This document shows positions 27,590-43,252 of a stretch of 64,000 nucleotides of DNA, piece by piece. Positions within the stretch are counted from its first letter, which is position 1. Each line of letters begins with the position of its first letter. Under the pieces are notes generated by a model. That model was not told the origin of the DNA and did no database searches. It saw nothing but the letters and a program-made list of their open reading frames with translations. The stretch is from NCBI GenBank assembly GCA_964016885.1, contig OZ024745.1, positions 15,128,001 to 15,192,000 on the forward strand, in the 5' to 3' direction. The stretch comes from Eledone cirrhosa. Lineage: Eukaryota. Made by a program: the position numbers and the translations under genes.

Positions 27590-27770
27590 CAAACTTTGTC
27601 CTTTATCTTTTGCGACTAATCCAGGCTCTGCTGCACTTCGGGCCAAGGAGCCTAAACTCTCTAAATATCGGCCGCTCTCTGACAGGTTTGCAGTCGAGCC
27701 TGTAGCAGTGGAGACTTTTGGTGTCTTTATCTCTAGGACCATCTCACTACTCAACAACATCGGCATAGAG
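27590..27770 (+). mobile_element. Fragment of the restriction-like endonuclease domain of a CRE-type non-LTR retrotransposon
   Basis: PGSAALRAKEPKLSKYRPLSDRFAVEPVAVETFGVF..LLNNIG matches the AA..AE..K..KY..L...F.P.AVET.G pattern. Confidence 0.7.
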
Positions 27771-30700
27771 TTTTGTATTTTCTAAGTTCAAATCCCACAT
27801 ACTGTTACCGGAAAAGTGGTAATACTTCTGCCACGAGAACAGCAACTAATGCCAGCAATGGTAACACTATAGAAACGTAGTTTCATTTGTTTGATCTGAC
27901 GATCGGCTCTTCCATTTTTTCTCTTTTAGTAATTAGAACGATTGTGTTAGGTTTCTTTGCCTTTGCAGAGTAACTGATATGTGTGCATAGGTGTATTAAT
28001 TTGCCACTACTTACTCAATATATAAATTATAGTCCTGTGTTTTACAGAATGTTCGGTAAGATATTAATTACTCCACTAAATGTAAATATGTTTCCAGTCA
28101 TGTTCGTATAAGGAAACAGTCAGTCTAGGCCAAAGCTTTATCTGTCAAAGCCATTGACTACTCTAAGTTAGCATATTAAATATGTCAAATATTTACATTT
28201 CGGTTTGGACAAATGCGGGTAAGGTGTAGCAATATAGTAAAGCCCGGATTTGTTTAATTTATACCGCATTAATAATCCTTCCTTAGAACCGCAAATCTGC
28301 TCACTAATATCCTTCCCTCCTTTGAGCCGCTACACCGTGAACTTCAGTTTGCCCACATTCTACTTGCAGACAGCAACTTACACACCTGCTTCATTCTCAT
28401 CAGTGATATACCTGCAAACTCTTTAATTTTCTTACAAAAACAAAAGCCCATATGAAGTTAAATTATATATTTGAGAGAACCAATCCAATATGTAGTAATT
28501 TTTCCTTATTTCACAATTCTCAACTTTTTCAAAGCAACAAAAATATAAGAAAGATACATAAATATAAAAAGGTAAAATGCTGCTTTTCCCACTAACAATT
28601 AAGGTAGGGTGAGAAGAAATTCAGTGAATTCAAATGAAAGACGTATTTTTTCTTGTTTGTTTTCCTAATTAGTGAGAAAAATCTCTTAGCATTCAGTAAA
28701 TTTCCTCATGTTAGAATGCCATACATTTTATTTCCTATTTGTAGTAATGTTTACATTATTATTTTCAAATTCGAAATAAATAACACTCCCTGGAGTACAC
28801 TGGAACCGAATATGTTTGATTTATTATACCTTCGATTTAAATACAAATTGGCCAACTTTTCAATAATTGTTTCTGCTTAAACTTCACACTGATTAACTTC
28901 CTCTAATTAACTTTAAGAAAACAATATAATTTTAAGGAAGAAAACTGCATTCACTAGCATATATATATATACAAAAGCAAAAAATATATAGATTTATGTA
29001 CATATATGCATATAAACATAATAGTGTGTTGTTCCTTTAGGATTAGTAAATATGTTCAGTTTTAACATCCGACGAAATTCAACTTTTTCTGACGTCATCA
29101 TACTCTGGGAATTTAAAACACGCAAAACATTACTGCTGGTGATGAAGAAGACTATTTTTGTCTTATTTTGAATATTCTGTATTTGTTCATAGTCTCCGCT
29201 ACCCGCGTTTCTCACTAACTCTATTATTCCACTTTAATTTCAACTCATTTGTCTTTCCGTTTTAATTACTACACCTAGTCCTTTCTGCCCAAAGTATCGA
29301 CTCTATAAACCCCCACCTCTTCATTTCTTCCCGCCAAAGAAGTGAGTCACCAACAATTACATCGACGTCTCCCTTATTGATTGCAACTGTCGTTTAAACT
29401 ATATCTTTTCACTTTCGATTGATTTTGTTGAATGTGTTTGAAGAGCAGTCGTGAACATATGACGTGTTTCTCAAAATAGATGAGAGTTACTATAGAACAG
29501 TAAGGAACGGTATAGGGAAGTTGTTGAATGACAGAAGGGTTATCGGATTATAAAAGATACCTAAGTGAAAAGAAAGTGATGAGGAGTGTAGTGAAGCTAA
29601 TAGAATAGCATAAGTGGTGATGAGAGGAGTTATGTGGAACGGCAGACGCAGCAGGAACGACATAATACACAATTGAATGTTCAGAATGTTTTCCTTTCTT
29701 CATAGTAACTTATATAAAATCCTACGTCATATATCGAATAAATATATGTAATAAATTGTGGTTTATGCACTCATATATACACTCTCTTGTCTCTGTGTAT
29801 TGCCACTTTAATTACAAGTAAAATATATGAGCAATTGTTTGGTAAAGTAGCTAGAGGTTTCTTATTGGAACTGTCACAAAAACAAAAAAATGGTTTACTT
29901 GACATAAACAATGAACCTGCATCTTCTAAACAAATTCGATTATTCGATATAATTGGAGTTATCTTTCTTCGTTGCTGTTGTCATTATTTAAGTAACCCAA
30001 GTGGGAGCTATCTTTTGTCTACTTATTACATTGGTAATCTCAGTTAATCTTAGGTTTTGACTTACTATATTCCAGTGTGAGACCCTACAATATATTCATA
30101 TGAAATAGTTAAGTTTTCAGAATGAGAAAATATTCGATTGTATTGATATAAAGTGATATTTCTTCTATCGATCGCAAACATTTCTAATATTATTAAGCGA
30201 CTTTTGTTAATCATTTTCAGCGAGTTTTCTTTCTTTTATCTCGAAGTTATTTGTATCAATGTTCGTTCTTCATTCGATTATGTATGTCCAAGTATCATCA
30301 TGGCCTCTGTGACTTCTATCGGTTTTCTGTTTGAAAGAAAATTTATCATCTAACACGTCGTTCAGACGAAATCCCAGGAGTATAGATTTAGACACAACAG
30401 AAGAGAGTGAAAACTCTCCAGTGATTTTCTGTTTGTTCGTGTGATCATTCTTCTCTATTAAACAAACAACTTTCGATCATCTATGAATTTTTATATGCAG
30501 GTTTAACACTCCTGCAATATAGTTTTCTATGACATTTCCAGTTATATATGTTAACAAAGTAGAAATTCGTTTGTAGACGATACGTCTAAAGATCAATGAA
30601 TACAAATAATTATTTGTAAACATATAATGTAAATATTAATGTATATGAAGTTTGAAAAGAATATTATATAAGGAAAATATGATAGCACTTTATACTTAAA

Positions 30701-31383
30701 TATTTATTGGGTGTAATTGTGAAAAACATTTCCGGCTGATGAATCAGATCGACCTTCATTCCTCTATAAGACAGAACAGTTTGAAGAAGATTAAATTGTA
30801 TATAGAAACATATTATTGCGAACAAAATCTCAACCTTTAGAAATTAATCTTAGCTTTCAAGTTTAGGTTTTGATGCCGCCATTCCAGTATGTCTTCTATC
30901 GATCATGTCAATAGCATTGTTGTGATAGCGACACAATGAGCTAGAGGACTCAGAAGAATAAACAAAATAAGACGATACAAAATCATTGAAAACCCAACAA
31001 ATCATTTATGGAAATAATTATTATATCACATGAAACAACAACATACTTAAATGTGATGCGGAATAATTTAATGATATTTTCATGTTATATTGACCATAAA
31101 ACCATTCAGCTACAGTCACTAATTGAGCGTCAGTGATCAAGTCGCAAATGTTTGACGAAAACTTTTAAAGGTTTTTAATAGACTAGTTGAGAAAATAAAA
31201 TTGAATATAACAAATATAACAATTTTAGTTCATAAATGGATGAGACAATATGTTGTACTACTTAGCTTTGCGAAATAAGTCGTAGTGGAGAAAAGTTTGT
31301 AATTCAGCGATAGATATATATTATATGAAATTGTTGAATATAGGGATAGAAGGCCCTATAAAAGCAGACTGCTTTATATACTG

Positions 31384-31444
<61 letters not shown>

Positions 31445-31502
31445 TATACATATATATATGTATATTTATATATATATATATATAAACAACGTAAGATAAT
31501 TA

Positions 31503-31566
31503 ATTCATTTACCAGTGGTTTCTTGAAGACAGATATTTATATCTGTCTTCAGTCGTCAGAACGAAT
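31503..31566 (-). ncRNA. Type I hammerhead ribozyme embedded between microsatellites
   Basis: attcgtt CTGACGA c tgaagacagata taaa tatctgtcttca a GAAAC cactg GTA aatgaat. Stem I 7 bp, stem II 12 bp perfect, stem III near-palindromic ACCAcTGGT, cleavage triplet GUA. Confidence 0.88.
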
Positions 31567-31668
31567 AAAATGGAAGATTCCATTTTATTCGTTCTGATGC
31601 ATGTATGTATTACGTACGTATGTATGCTTGCATGTAGATATGTATGTATGCATGTAGATATGTATGTA

Positions 31669-31739
<71 letters not shown>

Positions 31740-32197
31740 GAACGTTAGCATTAATATGTGGAAAATTTCTTTATAAATAATTATTCTATGTTTTTTTATT
31801 AATCTATGTATTCATTTCACTTTCAAGTATTTTATCTCTTCTTTTCATTTAATGTTTGTGGATTTGTTTTTATATTCAGTGGCTCCCGTCTTTTATATAT
31901 CTCTTTATAATTAAAATCATATCTAAAAACATATCAATAAAGTGACATGATTGTAAAATATCGTTAATAACATAATATAAAAAATATGATGTCGTTTAAT
32001 GGGCGATTTATTTCAATAATAAATTCGTTTCAAGTAGTGACATATGATGTTTCTTTTTCTATATGTTTTAAAAGATGCAAAACTAATAAACCAACCTATT
32101 TAGAGTAATTAGGAAAGAAGTTTCCGATTTCTCAACTTCAGATGAGATGTGCCTATTTTATCTAGCTATAGAAGTTCATATCAAAGAGATGCATTCA

Positions 32198-32510
32198 TGG
32201 TCCCGTAACTCCCAATGGAGTCGTAGGGGTGCTGCATTGGTATATGGCACATCTAGAGCATTTGTAAACCGGGCGGAACCCCCCTCTTCTCCAGGTCTGA
32301 ATACAGCAAATTTCTACCAGGGACGAAAGTGAGAGAGAAGTGAGCAACAAATATAAAGGAAGAATCGGGGTCGATAACATTGTGTCAGTCTGGTACAATT
32401 TTATCTACCTCGAATCAATGAATGGCAAAGACGACCTCATAGGCACTTGAAATCAGAGAGTAGAGAGCCTAAAACGAATACTACAACACATTCTATCTGC
32501 TAATTCGCTT
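32198..32510 (-). mobile_element. Old SINE subfamily copy (related to 8195-8480)
   Basis: Homology to 8195-8480 plus a degraded SINE core. Confidence 0.65.
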
Positions 32511-34650
32511 CTTTCTTAGCAACGACATCGTTCAGTAAAATAGATATCTCTTTTTTTTTTATTAGTAAGTATCCTAATGTGTAAAATATCTATTGAAATA
32601 CATCATCTGAAACTAATGAATTATTGAAAAGAAAATTACCGGAGAAGAAAATTAGTGAGAATGCATTGACTTATCTCATAAATAACTGATGAAGTCCTTT
32701 CAATTAATTGATAGTGTGTCAATAGTGGTGAGTTTCATGCAATATTTGTTGATGGAATACATGACCTGTTTACCTAAATTAATGAGACAATACTATAGTA
32801 CACTATTGTCATTGAGAAAAGCATAGCCATGACAGTAAATCATTTTCACAGTAAATATTATACATAATAAATCGAAAAACCATTTAATTATATTCAACTA
32901 TCTATATAAAATATAAAACCTTCCTATACAGCTTGTGCAGAATTTAAAAGTAATTTAAGAGGACATTTAAAAACTGGATGTTATAAATTATTAAACTATG
33001 CTTTAAAAGTAATTTTCTGACGTTCTCCTCTGTCTTCTTTACTAAAATACTATCTTTTCCTTGGAGCTTCCTCAACATATGACACCTCCAAGCAAGCAAT
33101 TCTGATTTACTCGATGCTCCTCTTCTCATCTCCTATAGTGTATCCAACTCCTCCTCTCTAGACCCTGCACTAACTACTACACCTTATTATTCCTGCTCAA
33201 AACGTTGGTCTTCTGGAACTCCTTCCTTGACACATCTTTCCCAAAGGAAGGGGGAGCTGCAACAATCTGAAAACCATAAGCACTACCCCCTCTAGTAAAT
33301 CAACCTGGCATGTTTTTTTTTGTATCTAGAAAAGAGCAAAATGATGATCAACTTCAATTATACCCTGAGCCCATCTGCATTCTACGTTATAGCTCGACCT
33401 GGTTGTAAAACGAGCCAAATCTTCCCCAAATCACATCCTACTATTGTGTGTATATATGAGGCAATGCGTGTACATGATGACGTGAATATTATTTGTTAGT
33501 GTCGTTGATGTTTTGGTAAATTTGTCTTTATTAGACACGGACGGGTTATAGCATTTTGATATCATTGGAACTACATCTATTAGATGCATTATGAAGATGT
33601 GATATCTTTAGTATTAAAACTACGGTGTATTATAACGAATTTATCTTTACTAAACCTATTGTGGTTTATAGCTATTTGTTATATTTTGAAGACATGGTAG
33701 GTTATGACAATTTGATATATGAATTATGGTAATGTTTCTAGAATGATTTAACTTTAGGATTAAACCTATGGTAGTTTATGACAATTTGATGTCTTTAAGT
33801 GTAAATCTATATAGTTAGTTATATAATTGAATATACAAGAGAGATAAACACAAATATAAACATACATGTGTTCGAATTGTAAGGGACCAAGTTCACTAGG
33901 GTGAATAAAATACTAACTATAACAATATGGTTTGCCAAATTCAATTTAAAGTAATAAATCAAGAAAAAGAAGAACAAGCCCATATTGGGCAATTGTCTGA
34001 AACACCCAGACAGCAAAGGAAATCACCCTCTTGTATATTCAATTATATTACACGGCTCGGAATAACTTCTTTCTTTGAGCTATTTAATTGTATGAGACTA
34101 TTTTGAGTTCCTAACTCAATATCTGATATAGTTAGTTATAGCAATTTTTGATAGCTACGATTAAATCTATGGCGGGTAATAACAATTTGTTGTTTTCAGG
34201 ATTTGATAGCTTTTGTAGAACTAAGGTAGGTTAAGACAATTTGTTGCAATTAGACCCAGGATTGGTTATATCCAAAGACATAGAAATACATTCATTGCTT
34301 TGAGCTTTATTTTCAACACTATTTCACCTCGACAAAAATACATTAATTTGAAGCAGAAATAATATGAAGTAGAAATAATATAAACAATAAACTATTGTTC
34401 ACCACAACAAATATTTCAATTACCATTTCCCTTGGAGGTACTGCTTAAACACATTTATCAATGAAACGGAAACTTTAGATAGCGGCTTGTGAAGTGAAAG
34501 TCTTATACCTTACACAATGTCATTAACAAGAGAGACATGAGTTAAGATTCAAATCATGAAAATACCTACCGGAAAAATAGAAACTTGGATGTTCCCAATA
34601 ATTATTTTCTAACATTAATCGAGAACATGATATTCAAAAATAAAAGAAAT

Positions 34651-34835
34651 AATTGTTTCTTCTTTTAGCACAAGGCCAGAAATTACCCAGTACATTACTG
34701 GTACTTTATTTTATCGACCACGTAAGGATGAAAGGCAAAGTTAACCTCGGTGGGATTTGAACTCAGAATGGCAAAGGCCGTAACTCTATGCGTCAAAGCC
34801 TGGCGTCTGACCCTCTACCGATACTGCCAATCCAC
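34651..34835 (-). mobile_element. tRNA-derived SINE
   Basis: Reverse complement of 10453-10642. Confidence 0.92.
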
Positions 34836-35110
34836 ATAATAATTACTTACTCTCAGACTTCAAAACTATAAAAATTCTCTGATGTTCTCTTCGTGTTTGC
34901 AGAAAATAAACATGGAAATTAACGAGTTAGTAAGATATTTAAAACCAGATTTAACGGAATAACATCTGAAATTCAAATAAACACACAGCAATATATACAA
35001 GGAAATCAAATGGAAGAACACAATGAATAGCAATAAAACAAATCTTACAAGACAAACTGCATTGCTTCGCTGAAAAGCCATAAAACCTATTTCGACAACC
35101 TGATCAAAAT

Positions 35111-35489
35111 AATTGTTTCTACTTTAGGCACAAGGCCAGCAATTACCCAGTGCATTACTGGTACTTTATTTTATCGACCCCGTAAGGATGAAAGGCAAAG
35201 TGAACCTCGGCGGGATTTGAACTCAGAACGTAAAGGGACGTAACTATGCTGGAAAGCATGGTGTCTGACGCTCTACCGATACTGCCAATCCATCAAAAAT
35301 AATTGTTTCTACTTTTGGCACAAGGCCAGCAATTATCCCAGTGCATTACTGGTACTTTATTTTATCGACCCCGTAAGGATGAAAAGCAAAGTTAACCTAG
35401 GCGGGATTTGAACTCAGAATGGCAAGGGCCGTAACTCTATGCATCAAAACATGCCTTCCAACACTCTACCGATACTACCAATTCATCCC
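35111..35489 (-). mobile_element. Two head-to-tail tRNA-derived SINE copies (35111-35292 and 35301-35489)
   Basis: Both match the SINE consensus; atcaaaa(a)taat occurs before, between and after them. Confidence 0.92.
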
Positions 35490-35628
35490 ATCAAAAATAA
35501 TGTAGTCTCGTTAGCACTCCAAAAACAAGGGGAAATAACTATTAAGGTACAGTAAAGCAATCTTACATGTAACAAAACAGACGTAAACAAAATAAATTAC
35601 GCATTTGTATCTATGTAATAATAATATA

Positions 35629-35669
<41 letters not shown>

Positions 35670-35699
35670 TTATGTATATATGTATATATATATATATAT

Positions 35700-36435
<736 letters not shown>

Positions 36436-36440
<5 letters not shown>

Positions 36441-37727
36441 ATAAGAATATTTATATTTATATATGTTTGATATTCTATAAATATGTAGGGTAGTACTAAG
36501 TACTAGCTGATTACCATGGTGATATCGAAGTTGTTGGGTGTATTCTTGCGGGTCCATAGTTTGTCTTCAAATTTAATTATTGTTTTCCTGGCCGCAAGGA
36601 TTATATCTACCTGGGATCTAGTGAGTTCACTATTGTTCATGGCCATTATTAATGGTTTATTTAGGAGGATAGGTGAAATAGAGGTGTAGTAGGAGTTCAT
36701 ATGAAGTTGGATGAATTTCTTATTATTATTTTCATTAATACCATTAAACCATTCGATTACTTCACTAGTGTTTCCCCAGAGGTTAAAATGAATTTTTTGT
36801 TTAATTTGGAGGATTACTTTATCTAAAAAATGTTTGCTAATAATACCAATATAGGATCTGGATGGGCAAATAAGTCTAATTGAGGGGTTGGTATTGAAGT
36901 CATCCTTTTGGTCTTTCAGAGAGAATCGTGGGGGATTAGGGGTGTACGGTTGAGTGTATCTCTCTAGTCCTAATTCACATATTAAACTACGGGCTTCAAT
37001 ATTTATGTCATCCAGGTTTTTATGAGATGTTTTGTTTGTAGTTACTGTAAAGTTCTTTATATATAAATTCTCTATATGTATCGTAATCTAGGCTATAAAT
37101 GTTTTTAATTTTATCAGCTACTACTAAGATATTCCTATTCTTATTAAAGTTTTTTTTATGGTGGAATTTAGGTTATTTAGGAAGTTGTTCTTCCTATTGT
37201 AGTATTTCCTGTACTTAATCTTTTTAACAAGTGACACAAGGTCGTTTTCAAATGAGTCCAGTAAGATATTGTGCGGAGGGCTTTTATATTTTATATGTTT
37301 TGAAGCCGTATGTTTCAAACGAAGGTGCATCTTGTTCTTTCACAGCGCGGTTCCTATCATAGTGGAAGGCCCTCCATCTAACTCTTTTAATAAAGGAGTT
37401 GACACTATTAATCAGTAGTTTTTCGTATGTATCCCTAGATGGGATAGGTATGTTCTTTAGAGACAAAGGAAGATAGTCTTTGATCAACATACCGGTAATT
37501 CTATATATGTCAGCTCTACTAGAAGGAACAGAATTAGTAATATGAATATTTATATTTATATATGTCTGATATAACTATAAATATGTAGGATAGTATTAAG
37601 TACAAGCCGGTTACCGGTATGACACAAGGCTCAATGCAAATTTTCAAGTGTTTTACGATACAAAGTGTTAAAACGATCAAATTTTAGTTTAGAACATTTA
37701 TTTGTTGACAGTTGTTTCTTCCAGAGG
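36436..37727 (-). mobile_element. Naiad-type Penelope-like element, 5' part (leader + N-terminal domain + RT start), pseudogenised
   Basis: LSLKNIPIPSRDTYEKLLINSVNSFIKRVRWRAFHY; SFENDLVSLVKKIKYR; manual translation FSLKDQKDDFNTNPSIRLICPS..NLWGNTSEVIEWF; YYTSIS..RKTII..WTRKN..FDITM. The leader begins with the HHR 3' half (GAAACaactGTC at ~37720-37705); 36436-36520 duplicates leader 37537-37620. Confidence 0.88.
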
Positions 37728-38133
37728 ATTAAGCAACCTAACGGTTTACCAACAACTTAATAACGGTTAATACAAACCCTAGAAAAGATAATTTGTAGAT
37801 AAAAAATGCATAATATAATATACCTACAATAACAACATGGCCAGTAATTCGGCAGAATTTACATTTAACAAACAAACACCTATTGACTATAAACGACTCA
37901 AAATAATCCCATAGTTAATAGCTGTGAGTTACAAACAACATACATACGAACTACAACACAAAAACACTTAAATGAAAATCACATATCCAACTCTATCACG
38001 TGCTTTGCATTACACCTTACATAATACCTACATTATCACCAGATGCCTCTCCAACAAATTGCACACAATCTAAAACATTTATAACAATTATAACATGTTT
38101 TAACACCCCACACAAAGTATGTTTATTTCAACT

Positions 38134-38321
38134 GCGGTGGATTGGCAGTATCGGTAGAGGCTCGGACGTCATGCTTTGACGCATAGAGTTACGGCCCTTG
38201 CCATTCTGAGTTCAAATCCCGCCGAGGTTAACTTTGCCTTTCATCCTTACGGGGTCGATAAAATAAAGTACCAGTAATACACTGGGTAATTGCTGGCCTT
38301 GTGCCAAAAGTAGAAACAATT
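38134..38321 (+). mobile_element. Full-length tRNA-derived SINE
   Basis: Near-identical to 10453-10642. Confidence 0.93.
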
Positions 38322-38591
38322 ATAACTCTTTCCTGATACATGCCTTATTGACTCCTGCATTGTACACCAATTTTCCTTGCTTATAATTTTTTTGCCTGTG
38401 TATTTTTTTGCTTGTGCTTTTTACTTATACCTATTACACTTCCAACCAGTGCTGCCTGTAATTGTGTTATTTCAAACAAAACATCTTTTTAACTCCTGAC
38501 TCTCTACATGATGCTTTGACACTAATAACAATTATGTACCCTAAATGTTCTAAATGACTAGGATTTTAGTAACATGTTTCAACATTCCTTA

Positions 38592-38638
38592 TGCTCCGAC
38601 GAATCCAGACTTCCCTCTGGAAGAAACAATTGTCAGCA
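38592..38638 (+). ncRNA. Minimal hammerhead ribozyme in the inverted pLTR of the Naiad element
   Basis: tgct CCGACGA a tccaga cttccc tctgga a GAAAC aatt GTC agca. Stem III is the palindrome ACAATTGT, cleavage triplet GUC, core has U4->C. 38614-38680 is the inverted copy of 37661-37727. Confidence 0.82.
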
Positions 38639-38680
38639 AATAAATGTTCTAAACTAAAATTTGATCGTTTTAACACTTTG

Positions 38681-39530
<850 letters not shown>

Positions 39531-40074
39531 TTTAATTCTATAAAAAGTATATGTGGGTCTGTCATTAAATACACATTAGATACACATTCAAATGATATCA
39601 CGTTGAGTGAGTAATAATTGTAAACAAACGGGTTTCCACTGAATATTCCCTATAATCTCGTCAATGTATATATTGCAATGTAAGTAGATTGTATTAACAG
39701 CCTTTTACATGTACGTGCGTCTGTTCATGTGTGTGTGTATGTATGGGTCAGTTTGTATATATATATGTGTGTGTATATACGTATCTATGTATGTATATGT
39801 CTATGTCTATATATATATATACCTATATATATATATATACGTGTACATATATATCTATGTATATATATATATATGTGTGTGTATATACGTATTTATGTAT
39901 ATACGTATTTATGTATGTATATATCTATGTCTATATATATACCTATATATATATATATTTCTATATATATATATATATACAAATAGTGAAAACAATGAAA
40001 TTAAACAAAAAACGGTTAATTCATAGTAAAACTCATTATTTTATGTTTGTTTCTGGGGGTAGTTCCCTGTATTT

Positions 40075-40213
<139 letters not shown>

Positions 40214-40946
40214 AAAACAGGGATAAAGAGACGATTATGAGGAAGAAAAATATTTTTTTTTCCTTTTTTGTTTCTCTTTTTTCTGGGATAGAAAATGATT
40301 AAAACGAAATATTTTACTTTGTGTGGAGTGTTAAGGTATTAGTTATATATATATCCTAACTCGTGTGCCTCCTCTCCACATTTTATTATTATATATATAT
40401 AGATAGATAGATATATATGTACATGTACGTATATATATATATGTATATATATATATCTGTGTGTATATACGTATTTATGTATGTATATATGTATGTACGT
40501 ATGCAGGTAAGTATGTATGTGTATGTGTGCGCGTGCATATGTGTGTATGTATAAATACATCTTGTACGCATGAACAAGGGATTCAAGATAATTAATAGCT
40601 GAAGAATACAATTACCAAGCTAATTTGTCCATTTGCTCATCTCCATTAAGTAGAGTTGTAGTATTGATGTATAATGCAAACTTCATAAATACTAGTCCTA
40701 TGATAACATTAGTGAAATATGTAAATTCTAAAGAATCACACGTCTAGATATAGAAATGTAGATGTTTATTATAATTCTTATTGTAACGTAATATAATACT
40801 TGAGTATTTCTAATGATAATTATTATAGAATTATAATAAGAAATATAATGAGTTAACGTATATTGATAACGATATCTCTCAATGTTCTTATCTAAACGGA
40901 CATTCGTTCATAATATATACGTGGTTTCTCATTGTACTTACCTGTA

Positions 40947-41106
<160 letters not shown>

Positions 41107-41469
41107 CTATTTGACCGGGCTAGAAGCTGCTAAATGTTCGGCCGCCCTCATGTCTCTGCTTTTCAGCCCCATGGATTTTATCTATTATATTCCTTTGTTA
41201 TATTTCGAATACCAGATTATGTTACCGGATTCATACTGAACCCGGTCACTGAAATGATCATAGTATAATAAACCTTTTAAGGAATTATACCAGTCCAGCC
41301 TCCTGTTAATTTATAATAATTAACTCCGTACACCAACAACACTAACGAAGACGGGTGAGTTGCACTACGTCGAGTGCTCTCCCTAATATTACATCGAGGT
41401 TGACCATACGGAATGACCAGTTCCATCCAGTAGTGAACCAACAAACCTAAATAAATATATATATATATA

Positions 41470-42240
41470 CTAGCAGCAGTACCCAACGTTGCTTGGGTAG
41501 GTAAAATAATATCTGCTTTGATGAAAAGGTGTTGATCTTAGCGACTGCTTCTCGATGACTCATTTATGTCCACACACAGGCCATGGGGGGGGGGTGACCT
41601 CTATCACTGAGAAACACGGGTGACTGAGGAAGGGGCATCCTGGGGGAGGGAGGTAATGACCTCTAACAATAAACCAAATTTCCTCACGCTACTTGATTGG
41701 AAACCGATGAATTCTCAAATACACAACTAAAAGCTCAGACGACGTCAGTGGCCATCGTTTTGCCTTTGACCATCTATAAGATGTGCAATGATAGGTTCTA
41801 TCGTAGTATAAAAGTTGAACCAAATAAATTGATTTATATGTGAGGTGGAGCCGAAGTTTCGAATTTGAACGAAATCGGTTGAAAAATGTGGGAGCTAAAG
41901 ACGAAAAGGCGGAAATTTCAGCGGAAAGGTGGTATTTTTGAATATTTAAGCGGCCCCGACGCCGTTTCTGAACAAGAAATCCCATATGTAAAGCCGTTTT
42001 AAGACGTGAAATAATCTGATCTAGCGTAGTGTAAAATTTGAACTAAGTAGGTTGATTAATGTGGGAGCAGGAGCCAAAAAAGTGGGAATTTGAGTGTAAA
42101 GGTGGTATTTTTGGATATTTAAGCGGCTGCAACGCCGTCCCTGGACAACAAATGCAGAAAATAAAGCCATTACAGGATGTGCAATGATAAATTCTATAAG
42201 AAGAGATATTACCTCGAAAATTAAGGACATTTAAATAAAT
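41470..42240 (-). mobile_element. Non-autonomous Helitron, 3' part, with an internal ~180-bp tandem duplication
   Basis: Minus-strand 3' end has hairpin acccaagcaacgttgggt followed by CTAG|T. 41860-41985 is duplicated at ~42035-42160. 5' end not located. Confidence 0.65.
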
Positions 42241-42319
42241 CTAAGGTAAAAGACTAATTGTCAACAATATATTTTGCATTTGCATTTTTATTCTATGTCC
42301 ATACCTGCATTGTTTTGCG

Positions 42320-43191
42320 TGGGCTACTGGACATGCCTCCAATCAGATCTATTGGCTGTTATGCAATAGGCGGAAACGAACAATATGCTGCTGAACGAGG
42401 ATAAATTTGAGTTATTCCACTTTGGAAAAGGGGATGCCCTGAAACTCCCATACTCCATACAGGTGAAATTCTCGGGGCATCCCACAACACCAGAGACTTG
42501 GGAGTAATTGTGGACAACAACATGAGCTGGGCCACTCATATAAACAGCAAAGTTGACATGGCCCGCAGAATGTGTTCTTGGATTCTCAGAACCTTCCAGT
42601 CGAGATATATCCACATTATTATCCTTCTCTTCTCCACTTTTGTCCAATCTGGTCTCCTCACACGAAAATTGAAACTCCTCAAAATCAATCACGAAAAGAG
42701 ATAGATGGCATGTCAGGCCTTGACTATTGGGGTCGACTAGAAAAACTCAAACTTTATTCTTTCCAAAGCTGCCGTGGAAAATGTTGTAGAAAATATTCCA
42801 TCAGCATTGCCCAAATGATGTTGGCATCACCTTTAAACTACACTCAAGGCTTGGGCCCCGTTCTATCTGCCCACAACAAAAATCAAACTCGCATCTCATG
42901 ACAACACTACGGCACAATTATTTCACGTCAATTGGCCCCGCTCTCTTTAACATTACATCAAAATATATTAAAAGAGAAACAGACCCCATAAAGTTCAAGA
43001 AATCTTTGGACAAATTCCTTCAAGATATCCCGGATAAATCTCCTACACCCGGATATGTCTCCGTAAACAATAACACTCTGCTAGAGTGGGCCATGGTGTC
43101 CAAATACTGATTTGGAAAGTTCGCCAGGTGGTGCTATTAAGTTAGACACGGCCTGGGTCAATACTGCCCAAAACCTATCATATTATCAAAG

Positions 43192-43195
<4 letters not shown>
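42320..43195 (+). mobile_element. CR1-group LINE 3' fragment (RT C-terminus)
   Basis: LQSDL..NNMLLNEDKFE; LGVIVDNNMSWATHIN..WILRTF; WSPH; GLDYWGRLEKLKLYS; FTSIGPALFN..FKKSLDKFLQDIPD. Confidence 0.9.
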
Positions 43196-43252
<57 letters not shown>

